DNA of 32,000 nt from Mycobacterium leprae TN (lineage in GTDB: Bacteria; Actinomycetota; Actinomycetes; Mycobacteriales; Mycobacteriaceae), in assembly GCF_000195855.1 (NCBI RefSeq), contig NC_002677.1, positions 90,001 to 122,000 on the forward strand, read 5' to 3'. A program made the position numbers and the translations under genes. Each line of letters starts with the position of its first letter. The stretch's first letter is position 1. The notes beneath the pieces are model-generated. The model was not told the DNA's origin. It searched no databases and worked only from the letters and a program-made list of their open reading frames with translations. Shown in pieces: positions 1 to 8,131 of this stretch.

Positions 1-303
1 GCGGGTGGCTATGGCTGCGCGATATATCAACGGCACCACGATTGGAGCCAGCAGCCGAGACACCGTCAGCACCCGGCGGATCCTAGTTGGCGATAGCAAC
101 TTGCCTTCCTTGGCTGCCTTGAGCTCTGTCTCGGCGACTTTTAGCGCTACGCGGTCGCTGTTTCGTTTAGCTTTTAATTGGGCTTTGAGGGCCTTGTTGG
201 TGGCGCGCTGAGCGCTGTTCAGACGGCGAGCTTCGTTTTTGGCGGCCAGTCGGGCCTCAAGTTTGGCGCGGGCCTTAATTGCACGGGCTTCGGCGCGACG
301 CAT
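1..303 (-). CDS. Conserved Ala/Lys/Arg-rich protein, N-terminal 101 codons only (Rv3850-like by position). The 3' end lies beyond the window start.
   Basis: ATG at 303-301 is preceded by GAAGGAG (317-311). The frame stays open to position 1. Translation: MRRAEARAIKARAKLEARLAAKNEARRLNSAQRATNKALKAQLKAKRNSDRVALKVAETELKAAKEGKLLSPTRIRRVLTVSRLLAPIVVPLIYRAAIATR. It is missing from the ORF track because it is edge-truncated. It lies directly downstream of espR on the same strand. Confidence 0.6.
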   Translation of the reverse strand, partial: MRRAEARAIKARAKLEARLAAKNEARRLNSAQRATNKALKAQLKAKRNSDRVALKVAETELKAAKEGKLLSPTRIRRVLTVSRLLAPIVVPLIYRAAIATR

Positions 304-520
304 CGCACGGCTCCTTCGCTTGTGGAACAGTCCCATTCCCGCATCGCCTCTCCGGTATACTTGTGAACTATCGCTGTGCGTGTGCGCGATCGGTAGCCAA
401 TTCTAATCGGAATGAGTCGGTGTCAGGCTGCCCTGTCGCGCTGGAACGAAGGACAGCAAGTAAGAACAGGCCGTTAGGTGAGCTACCGGAGGCGAGTGCT
501 GCGCCGTCTGCCAAGGTGAC

Positions 521-919
521 CTACACGTCAAGATGCTCCGCACGCCGTAGTTCGTCGACTCGATCCACGATGTCCTGCTGAGCTTGGGCAGACAACCCGA
601 TGGTCCGCATCGCGATCCGGCGCACGCCTTCATCACGCATGGTGGCCAGCCATGCCAATTCTTGATCGAGTTTTTCGTAATACTCGTCGTTGGTGAAATA
701 GGCCGGTTTGATGCGGAAGAAGTTGGCAAGGGCGGATATCGTGGCTGACGAAGGGTTCGTGCGATTACCGGAGCGGAGCTGTGACAGGTAAGGAGCCGAC
801 ATGGTGATGCCCTCCGCCTTGAGCGCTGCGATTACCTCGGCAGAGGTGTGCGGCCCGCGCCCGGGTGGATACACCGTGTCGAACAGGCGGTTTAGGCGGG
901 CAGCGAATGTCGTGCTCAT
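521..919 (-). CDS. espR: EspR, ESX-1 secretion-associated HTH transcriptional regulator (132 aa)
   Basis: The internal ATG at 919-917 gives MSTTFAARLNRLFDTVYPPGRGPHTSAEVIAALKAEGITMSAPYLSQLRSGNRTNPS...DELRRAEHLDV. This is close to identical to M. tuberculosis EspR (Rv3849, 132 aa) as I remember it. The 51-aa upstream extension in track ORF 521..1072 has no coding character. Confidence 0.9.
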   Translation of the reverse strand: MSTTFAARLNRLFDTVYPPGRGPHTSAEVIAALKAEGITMSAPYLSQLRSGNRTNPSSATISALANFFRIKPAYFTNDEYYEKLDQELAWLATMRDEGVRRIAMRTIGLSAQAQQDIVDRVDELRRAEHLDV

Positions 920-1189
920 CGATATGACCTCCAACGAGCTGAAAGAACGACCGGTTGTCAATAAGTATAAGTGCAAACCCAAATAGATTCTGTAATGGTG
1001 TTTCAAGTGGGCAGTGACACAATCCCTGCAGAGCAAGCAACTGAGACGTTGAGATGTCTGCAAGGTGAACAAAATTCACAGGTTATCTGCAGAAACTACC
1101 TCGAGAACTTGAGTGACATTTACTTTTCTTCTTGCTCGATGTGGGCTCTGGGCAGATCGTGGGGGTGAATATGCCTGACACCGGGTAAC

Positions 1190-1900
1190 TAGTAGACAAC
1201 GGGAGTTTGCTATAATTACCTTTTCTGCCCAGACTCTGTCAGTCGGCTTTGAACGGCCCGGAGGCTGGGCTTAGTGGGACTTTGCCGCCGCTGCGTTACT
1301 CCCTGTGGGGACTGTTAGGCACAGCCTGGTGATCGGCTCGCGTGCTGGACGGTATATCCAGACGGCGCCCGGTGGTCTCCCAGCGATTGTTGCTCTTGTT
1401 TGTCGCCAGCGCAGAGTGTGCGACATACCTACATTTGCCTGTTGCCAGCGCTAAAGCCGCGTTAACGCCGATCACCACCGGGCCGCCACCCACAGCGTGC
1501 TGTCCAGCAGCCACAAGCCGTACGCTAGGAACTAGCAGGTTCGTCACCCCGGTCAGCATCACCCACCATTAGTAGCGCATCGCGCAAATCATGGTGATTA
1601 GCTTAGACCTGTCACTGAATTCGACGAGGAAAACTACCCCCGAGCCTTAACAGCGTTCCGGCGAGCATGAAACACGGCTTTTCGGCACGTCTTAAACAAC
1701 CATGTTAATCATCGAACATCGTTTGAAGGTCTCGTGCATCGGATTTACCGGTTCACCGGAAGGGCTGTTTGTCGGTATGTCGACTCGACGATTGGGCTAC
1801 TCTTTTCTTCGCTAACACCCCGAGGCTAGTGGGCAAATCCGGTGGGCGCTAGGAAGGCGGTGGAGTTCGGGCCCCCGCGATTCAGTGCCCGAACCATTTC
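1190..1900 (-). pseudogene. Probable remnant of an Rv3848-like membrane protein gene (boundaries approximate)
   Basis: Only broken reading frames are present. The best fragment is 1296..1562 (-), with the hydrophobic stretch LLVPSVRLVAAGQHAVGGGPVVIGVNAALALATG. The position between espR and the Rv3847-like gene matches H37Rv order. No family motif was recognised. Confidence 0.3.
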
Positions 1901-1912
1901 GTCTAAATGTCT

Positions 1913-2446
1913 TTATGCGGCAAGCAACATTGCCAGAATTGCGGTATCGGGATGGCTGATTGGATCGACACCGACGCGGCTCACCATAGAGGTGATGGTG
2001 CCGTCAGCTTCTGCCTCCACCCAAGCCGCTCGGTGCTCCAATCCCAAATACGGCAAGCCCGGCAGCAGCACACATCCCGACGCTGCCCCTGTGCATTCCG
2101 GCAATGATGGCATTGTTTCTGAGGGCGGATGCAGCATCAGCAATGCGGGTGGCTGGTGATCTGCGAAATATCCTGGCTGGATAGCTGATTCACCGAAGAC
2201 TGTGCCTTCGGCCAGCACCAGGCCGACGGTGCCCGGTTCGGGTTCGTCAGGCAACTCCTCGCGTGCGCCGAAGACGGTTGTGGTGGACAGTAGTCCCGGT
2301 AGTGAAGCGATCCGCACTGCAACCATCAATAACTGGGCCCACTCTTTCGTCGAATCAGGCCATCGCCCCGATATCACAAACCCTTTCAAGGCACCACGAG
2401 CATGGAAAGGGACAACTCCGATAGGCAGACCTGACCCAGTTTCCAT
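1913..2446 (-). CDS. Conserved hypothetical protein, 177 aa (Rv3847-like by position and length)
   Basis: Uninterrupted 177-aa ORF. The ATG is preceded by GGAGGG (revcomp of 2450-2460). It follows sodA on the same strand, as Rv3847 follows sodA in H37Rv. No recognisable catalytic motif. Confidence 0.6.
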   Translation of the reverse strand: METGSGLPIGVVPFHARGALKGFVISGRWPDSTKEWAQLLMVAVRIASLPGLLSTTTVFGAREELPDEPEPGTVGLVLAEGTVFGESAIQPGYFADHQPPALLMLHPPSETMPSLPECTGAASGCVLLPGLPYLGLEHRAAWVEAEADGTITSMVSRVGVDPISHPDTAILAMLLAA

Positions 2447-2600
2447 CTCGCCCTCCGCTGGACCTTCTCAATCCTCCGTCCGAGTAACCACACTGGCTCG
2501 AATAATTCAGCATGCCTTCGGTCCCAGAGGCGTGCAACTCGACACGACCACCTGTGCCCGCGTTTACCAAGTACCCGAATTAAAGGGCCGCTAAAAGCAA

Positions 2601-2627
2601 GGGCGTCGCGCGAATCGCGCGACGCCC
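2601..2627 (-). terminator. Intrinsic terminator-like hairpin downstream of sodA
   Basis: Perfect 12-bp GC-rich stem gggcgtcgcgcg / cgcgcgacgccc with a 3-nt loop (aat). It starts 20 nt after the sodA stop. On the minus strand it is followed by TTGCTTTTAG. Confidence 0.7.
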
Positions 2628-2646
2628 AAACCTGACTAAGATGGAA

Positions 2647-3270
2647 TCAGTCGAATATCAGTCCCTGCGTCTTAGATGTTGCAGCCATGTAACGTGACTG
2701 CACATCCGCCCAGTTTACGACATTCCAAAACGCTTTGACGTAATCCGCCTTGACGTTTTTGTATTGCAGGTAAAAAGCATGTTCCCACATGTCGACCTGC
2801 AACAAGGGAATGATGCCGAGTGAGACGTTGGCCTGTTGGTCATACAGCTGGAATGTAAGCAGCTTGTTGCCGAGCGTGTCGTAGCCGAGTACTGCCCAAC
2901 CTGACCCTTGCAGGCCATTGGCGGCCGCGCTGAATTGAGCGCGGAATTTGTCGAACGACCCAAACGTTTCATCAATGTCAGTGGCTAGCCCGCCGGTCGG
3001 CTTATCGCCACCGTTCGGAGAGAGGTTCTTCCACCAGATGGAGTGGTTGACGTGGCCGCCCAAATGAAAGGCCAGGTTCTTCTCGTTCAGAAAAATCGCG
3101 GAGTGGTCGTCTTTGGCGCGTGCCTCGTCAAGTTTGGCAAGCGCGTCATTGACACCTTTGACATATGCGGCGTGGTGCTTGGTGTGGTGGATCTCGTTGA
3201 TCTCACCAGAGATATGTGGTTCCAGCGCTGCGTAGTCCCAGTCCAAATCGGGCAGGGTGTATTCAGCCAC
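2647..3270 (-). CDS. sodA: Superoxide dismutase [Fe/Mn], 207 aa
   Basis: GTG start at 3270. Fe/Mn-SOD signatures are present: [15 protein letters not shown] and [13 protein letters not shown]. The full sequence matches my recollection of M. leprae SodA. Confidence 0.97.
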   Translation of the reverse strand: MAEYTLPDLDWDYAALEPHISGEINEIHHTKHHAAYVKGVNDALAKLDEARAKDDHSAIFLNEKNLAFHLGGHVNHSIWWKNLSPNGGDKPTGGLATDIDETFGSFDKFRAQFSAAANGLQGSGWAVLGYDTLGNKLLTFQLYDQQANVSLGIIPLLQVDMWEHAFYLQYKNVKADYVKAFWNVVNWADVQSRYMAATSKTQGLIFD

Positions 3271-3275
3271 GACGT

Positions 3276-3285
3276 TCCTTCCTTT
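3276..3285 (-). promoter_or_regulatory. Shine-Dalgarno sequence of sodA
   Basis: The minus strand reads AAAGGAAGGA, ending 5 nt upstream of the GTG at 3270. Confidence 0.6.
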
Positions 3286-3424
3286 GATTGATTGGTGATC
3301 GTCTGACGCTCACTCGCACGGTTGATCCGCGCAGCGACTAGCATAATCAACGCTGCGCCATGATCGCGCGCACCGCAAGAACTACTGCTGAGGGTAGATA
3401 CTTCGAATATCTGGTGGGGCAAAT

Positions 3425-3580
3425 TCAAGACAAAACGATGAGGGCGAGAACTGCCAGCAGTGCCAGGGCAATGAGCCCTGCTCGTAGTGCAGCGACGCTG
3501 TAGGAGTGGTTCCACGCAGGCGAGCCAGAATAAGAATTCGACGGGGCCGTCGAACCCGGACCGAAAGAGGATATGGCCAT
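3425..3580 (-). CDS. Candidate small membrane protein, 51 aa (below the 60-aa track cut-off)
   Basis: ATG at 3580-3578, TGA at 3427-3425. Translation: MAISSFGPGSTAPSNSYSGSPAWNHSYSVAALRAGLIALALLAVLALIVLS. It has a Ser/Gly/Pro-rich head and one C-terminal TM helix. GAAGGG lies about 8 nt upstream. Hand-counted GC3 is about 60%. No homology was assessed. Confidence 0.3.
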   Translation of the reverse strand: MAISSFGPGSTAPSNSYSGSPAWNHSYSVAALRAGLIALALLAVLALIVLS

Positions 3581-4091
3581 CAGACGCCCTTCGTTAGCAC
3601 ACTCACCACTGCACAGTGAGATGGGTCACAACTAACTGTGATGATCGCGATCATAATGCCTTGGGCACGGCTTGAAAAATCAGCCCAGACACCGATGCAC
3701 TGTGAGATAATGGATCCGCGGATTTTCGGTGGACCTAGGCGCGGTCGGCAGTTATGTGGCGTGCGCCTCATCGGGTAATCGATGCCGTGTCGGTGGGCGG
3801 CTAGTGCGGCAAGCCCTTTTGCTCGCGTACCGGTTGGGCTGTTAATTGGCGTGGCCCGAGGACGAGCAGTGCACGTCCCATGCCGGTTAGTCTGCTGTCC
3901 AGCGCGGTTTCTATTGTGGATAATCTGCGGAAAATCTGGCTAGCCGTGGCCAACTGTGCTGTGTTGCTGCATTACCGGAAGCACATTTCAATGCCGTCAC
4001 GGTTATGCCTACTCGGCGCGGGCTGGGCTGGATCTTTTTGCTCTTTAACTTAACGAGCTTGACCCGCGTCGATTTCCAGTAGACTGGTCCG

Positions 4092-5126
4092 GTGATTCAG
4101 GTGTGTTCCCAATGCGGCACTCGATGGAACGTTCGCGAACGGCGACGCGAATGGTGTCTCCGGTGTCGCGGGGCCCTGATTGCGCCCCAGGCGGAGATGC
4201 CTACGGCTGTAAAGCAGTGGAGTTCGCATGTTGGTCTCCCGGCGGGTATTGTGCCGGAGGCTCTCGGGTGGCAGCGCACTCCGCCGGGCTTTCGGTGGAT
4301 AGCGGTGCGCCCCGGTGCGGCACCGCCGAACCGACGTCGGCAGCGGCACCATGTCCCGACCCCGCGTTACGCCGTGATGCCGCGTTGGGGCCTTGCGGAC
4401 CGCGTCGACCAGGACTCCACGTGGATACAAGCACCCCTGAAACCGGGGCCGTCGTCAGCGAAGGTGCGCACCACCCTGTTTGTGGCTGTGCTGGTATTTA
4501 CTCTTGCAGCATTGGTGTACGTCGTGCGGTATGTGCTGCTGGTTATCAACCGGAATACGTTGCTGAACTTTGGGGTGGCGGCCATCGCTGATTGGCTTGG
4601 GGTGATCGCCAGTTTGGCCGCGATCGCCGCGACGCTGGCGTGTGTTATGGCATTGAGCCGTTGGCTGATCGCGCGACGGGCTGCCGCATACGCACACCAT
4701 GCCGTACCAGAGCAGCGTTCTAGCTGGGAGTTGAGGGCGGGGTGTCTGCTGCCGCTGGTCAATCTGCTGTGGGCTCCGGTGTACGTCATCGAACTGGCAC
4801 TGATGGAAAATCACTACACCCAGCTGCAGAAGCCTATCTTCATGTGGTGGATCGTTTGGGTTTTCAGCTACGTGATTTCGGTCGTTGCTGTTGTTACAAG
4901 CTGGGCTAAAGATGCTCAGGGCATCGCCAATAACACAGTTGCGATGGTGTTTGCGTATCTGTTTGCTGCAGCTGCGGTGGCCGCCGTTGCCCGGGTCTTT
5001 GAGGGGTTCGAGTGCAAATCAATCAAGCGTCCCGTACATCGCTGGGTGGTGGTACACTTAGGTGGCTCTGTTGTGCACCCATCCCCAGGCTCAGTTGAGT
5101 TGGAAGGGCAGGAACCGGCAGCATAG
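4092..5126 (+). CDS. Conserved membrane protein with N-terminal zinc ribbon and multi-TM C-terminal domain (Rv3843c-like, DUF4328-type)
   Basis: GTG start. The CxxC...CxxC motif (CSQCGTRWNVRERRREWCLRCRG) is followed by several hydrophobic helices. Its stop overlaps the glpQ1 start (TAGTG, 5124-5128). It is syntenic with Rv3843c-glpQ1. Confidence 0.8.
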   Translation: MIQVCSQCGTRWNVRERRREWCLRCRGALIAPQAEMPTAVKQWSSHVGLPAGIVPEALGWQRTPPGFRWIAVRPGAAPPNRRRQRHHVPTPRYAVMPRWGLADRVDQDSTWIQAPLKPGPSSAKVRTTLFVAVLVFTLAALVYVVRYVLLVINRNTLLNFGVAAIADWLGVIASLAAIAATLACVMALSRWLIARRAAAYAHHAVPEQRSSWELRAGCLLPLVNLLWAPVYVIELALMENHYTQLQKPIFMWWIVWVFSYVISVVAVVTSWAKDAQGIANNTVAMVFAYLFAAAAVAAVARVFEGFECKSIKRPVHRWVVVHLGGSVVHPSPGSVELEGQEPAA

Positions 5127-5947
5127 TGGTCATGATGTTGGCCGATGAGGTGTTCGCCGGGCATCCATTTGTAGTTGCTCACCGCGGTGCGTCGGCTGTT
5201 CTCCCGGAACATACCCTGGCTGCCTATGAGCTCGCGCTCAAAGAGGGCGCCGATGGTGTAGAGTGCGATGTGCGGCTGACTCGTGACGGCCATATGGTTT
5301 GTGTGCATGACCGCCGCCTGGACCGAACCTCGACGGGTGTCGGTTTGGTCAGCACGATGACGCTAGCCCAGTTGCGCGCGCTGGAGTACGGTGCGTGGCA
5401 CAACAGCTGGCGTCCGGATGGTACGCACGGTGATACCGGTCTTCTGACCCTAGATGCCCTTGTTTCATTGGTTCTGGACTGGCACCGACCGGTGAAGATC
5501 TTTGTCGAAACCAAGCACCCAGTCCGTTATGGCGCGCTGGTGGAAAGCAAGTTGCTTGCACTCCTGCACCGCTTCGGTATCGCCGCGCCTGCATCCGCTG
5601 ACCGATCTCGGGCTGTCGTGATGTCGTTTTCGGCGGCTGCGGTCTGGCGGGTTCGGCGAGCCGCACCACTGCTACCTACGGTTCTGCTCGGCAGAGCCGG
5701 CCGTTACCTGACCAGCAGCGCGGCTACTGCCGTCGGGGCTACTGCCGTCGGGCCCTCGCTGCCGGCGTTGAAGGAGTATCCGAAACTCGTGGACCGCGCT
5801 GGCGCCCAAGGCCGGGCGGTGTATTGTTGGAATGTCGATGATTACGACGACATCGATTTCTGTCGCGATATCGGTGTCGCCTGGATTGCCACCCGCCACC
5901 CAGGTCGCACAAAGGCGTGGTTGCAGAATAATGGGCGCACCGAGTAG
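5126..5947 (+). CDS. glpQ1: Glycerophosphodiester phosphodiesterase (GDPD family), 273 aa
   Basis: GDPD motifs are present: HRGASAVLPEHT, ECDVRLTRDGHMVCVHD and FVETKHP. The GTG at 5126 overlaps the upstream stop. An alternative ATG lies at 5132. Confidence 0.88.
   Translation: MVMMLADEVFAGHPFVVAHRGASAVLPEHTLAAYELALKEGADGVECDVRLTRDGHMVCVHDRRLDRTSTGVGLVSTMTLAQLRALEYGAWHNSWRPDGTHGDTGLLTLDALVSLVLDWHRPVKIFVETKHPVRYGALVESKLLALLHRFGIAAPASADRSRAVVMSFSAAAVWRVRRAAPLLPTVLLGRAGRYLTSSAATAVGATAVGPSLPALKEYPKLVDRAGAQGRAVYCWNVDDYDDIDFCRDIGVAWIATRHPGRTKAWLQNNGRTE
5723..5752. repeat. Perfect 15-bp tandem duplication (2 copies) inside glpQ1
   Basis: gctactgccgtcggg occurs at 5723-5737 and again at 5738-5752. 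It is in frame and encodes ATAVG-ATAVG. Confidence 0.95.
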
Positions 5948-5959
5948 TTCGGCGACGGG

Positions 5960-6505
5960 TGGGCACCGGTGGCGTTAGTTGCGCCTAAGCCGGCTGGCGC
6001 CGAGCCCGCATCGCGGGCAACGAAGTTCTCGTAGTCGAATCAGATTTGGCCCCAGAGCGATCGGCGATCCGTACCAGGGTGGTCTATTAGGGGGGCTCTA
6101 TCGATCTGCTCTTGAAGGAACCGCTGCATAAACTGCTTGCTCGGGTAGTCGGCCTCGTCGCGCGCCATGGCAGCGAGCCGGATCACCTACTCGGTGACAG
6201 CGCGTTTTTGCTCTAGTGCCTGAGCTAACACATCGCACGGTTTGTCGAATCGATTGTGGCACCGTGTCCACCCCGGGGATCTTGACGTGGACGACACTGT
6301 TGAGCAGGTGCTGCACCAGTGTCATCGCGTGATTGCGTTACCAGACCGCTTAGCTGTAAAAGTGTTTCGTTAATTGCCGAAATGCGGCGCCATAGAAATG
6401 AACTCCGATCTCCAGATATCGCTAAATTCAGGTAAATTTTTACAAATATGTTCTTGAAGTAATCCACATAAATTTTAATAAATTGCCTATAATAGTATAT
6501 TATAA
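5960..6505 (-). pseudogene. bfrB: Ferritin BfrB pseudogene (boundaries approximate)
   Basis: The minus strand reads ...YLEIGVHFYGAAFRQLTKHFYS*AVW*RNHAMTLVQHLLNSVVHVKIPGVDTV.... The remembered M. tuberculosis BfrB reads YVAIAVYFDSEDLPQLAKHFYSQAVEERNHAMMLVQHLLDRDLRVEIPGVDTV. In-frame TAA codons lie at 6352-6350 and 6340-6338. The C-terminal FDYENFVARD (compare FELENFVARE) is reached only after a frameshift. Confidence 0.85.
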
Positions 6506-6657
6506 CGAAATGATAAAGCGTGTATTGTATAGCATACAAAGAAGATGTCACTTACTTGGGAAATTTTTTCCTAACCATGATTAACCTCTCTCCAATGTTT
6601 CCAATTAAAGTTTGTTCTAAGTAAACCCATATTACGTTTAAATATGCGAATTTATTG
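6415..6657. other. Extremely AT-rich tract covering the 5' end and upstream region of the bfrB pseudogene
   Basis: Hand-counted GC per 60-nt line: 22% (6421), 25% (6481), 35% (6541), 30% (6601). Neighbouring coding DNA is about 60%. Confidence 0.9.
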
Positions 6658-6704
6658 GGCCGGGTATTGATGTGGTGACCGGAATCGGGGTGGGTAGTCG
6701 GCCG

Positions 6705-7560
6705 CTACTGGGGCCTGTAGATGGCGTGCTCTGGTACTGGGGCATCAGAAGCCAGCACGTCGAACAATTCACGGGCCGCGTCATGGTTCCACACCACCAC
6801 CGAGCTGGCCTCGTTGGTGGTTAACTCAACCAATAGGCACGCTCAGCCTGGTAGAGGATCCGCGCAGTGCCCAGCAGAGTTGGGCCAGATCCCACATGTG
6901 ATCGCTCTGGTCCAAGGTGAGCGCGTTGGCAGCAACTTGTGGCACTGAGTACCAGTGCCACGGGTTGAGCCACACCACCGGTCTGGTGGCACGGTACAGC
7001 AGCGCTGACATGAACTTGTTGGTTGACCATCCGGGCCAGGTCTGCCCGCGGTGTAGGCCGAGTTCTTACGAAGCCTAGCGCATGACGGCCGTCCAACTGC
7101 TGGCAGCCAGCTGGCAGGTCGAGACCGATGGCCTGCTCCAGCGTTTGAGTGAGGAGAAGTCCGCCGCCTAGCGCAAATGCGGCGTTGATTTTGTCGTAAC
7201 CGTGACCTGGGATCGACACATACGAGTCGCGCGGTATCGACACCATCGTCACTCGCTTGCTCGAGCTTAGCCCCCGCACGTGTACTAACAGAATCGTGTA
7301 GGTGCGGTCGCTGCCAATGTCGCCGTCGGTGGTCAGATCTTGCTGTTGCTCGGCGGTCAGGCCTTGGCGGCTATCCGAACCGACGAGCAGCTAGTTGGTT
7401 CTGCGGCCGGCGACTGCCTGGTTGGGGTAATCTGCCAGTGTCGGCTCACGGTGCAGTGACGTATCAAACCCAAGAGCTCCGGCGACAACGCCGCCCGAGA
7501 CGAACAACGGACCGATCAGCGGCATGAGCGTGAGGAGCCGGCCCCAGCGGCGTATGCGGC
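6705..7560 (-). pseudogene. LytR-CpsA-Psr (LCP) family phosphotransferase pseudogene
   Basis: The minus strand reads an N-terminal TM (RWGRLLTLMPLIGPLFVSGGVVAGALGF), then N*LLVGSDSRQGLTAEQQQDL...DRTYTILLVHV...MVSIPRDSYVSIPGHGYDKINAAFALGGGLLLTQTLEQAIGL. These are classic LCP-domain motifs. An in-frame TAG lies at 7393-7391. Sequence appears to be missing after GLDL. At least one frameshift precedes the terminal ...EHAIYRPQ* (stop at 6707-6705). Confidence 0.8.
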
Positions 7561-7828
7561 ATGTTTTCGGGGAGGACAGCCGTGGCCGGGTGTGTCGCCA
7601 GCTCTGATCGACTCGACGGTTGGCGGGGCTGGCGCAGCGGCTTGGTCCCGCCGGTGAACCGGTTTCGCGGCGATTTAACTGTGAGGGCTCCGGTCAGGCT
7701 TCCGGCGACGGGATCGGTCTTCGATGCCGTCGAAGATCTGGTGATCGGTTGCCGTTCATCTGGATAATTTACGTGGTTTTGGACTTACCATTCGGCCAAG
7801 CGGCTTACAAATTTGGTCGAGCGCCAGG

Positions 7829-8131
7829 TTACTGTTGGCTCTGTAGCCCGTTATGAGACGGGCAACCCAGTAGCACCCGGATGGCCTGGTTCAGCCCCGT
7901 CATGTCGTCGACTGGCTTATGGAAAGGCAGCCGGATCTCGTGGCCCACCGTCGTTACCTTATACGCGGAATCGCATGCCGTAACGGCCCAGGGACCAGTG
8001 GGCACAGCTGGCTGCGTCGCAGCAAGGCCATAAGCTTGGTCTATCAGTCGTGCGGCCACGTCGTTGTGAGCGGTTGCCAGGTGCCAGAGTAAGGATGATT
8101 CGATTTCGCAAAACGGATCGGTCGCGCTCAT
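7829..8131 (-). CDS. 100-aa ORF with a DUF2470-like pattern. It may be the surviving C-terminal part of a decayed Rv3839-like gene.
   Basis: The ORF reads MSATDPFCEIESSLLWHLATAHNDVAARLIDQ...VTACDSAYKVTTVGHEIRLPFHKPVDDMTGLNQAIRVLLG. This resembles the DUF2470 pattern (H-N-x-x-H-x-D ... R-L/I-P-F ... D). Upstream at 8132-8390, minus-strand fragments lie in another frame and carry a stop (..LITAKNANPALLQVDTPISDRDDG*DARYTLMQLEIAAMVV..). Confidence 0.4.
   Translation of the reverse strand: MSATDPFCEIESSLLWHLATAHNDVAARLIDQAYGLAATQPAVPTGPWAVTACDSAYKVTTVGHEIRLPFHKPVDDMTGLNQAIRVLLGCPSHNGLQSQQ

Noticed and set aside
920-1072. The N-terminal 51-aa extension of the espR ORF (track ORF 521-1072, 183 aa).
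   Set aside because: Homology to EspR begins exactly at the internal Met (MSTTFAARL), giving the expected 132 aa. The extension is AT-richer and Cys/His/Leu-rich with no coding character.
3087-3515. A 142-aa minus-strand ORF spanning the sodA 5' end and upstream region.
   Set aside because: It overlaps sodA in a different frame, has Arg/Ser/Thr/Pro-rich low-complexity composition and carries no motif.
6570-6587. An IdeR iron-box-like sequence, cctaaccatgattaacct, upstream of the bfrB fossil.
   Set aside because: Only one half-site resembles the TTAGGTTAGGCTAACCTAA consensus, and the two halves form a direct rather than inverted repeat. It is too weak to call a binding site without a PWM scan.
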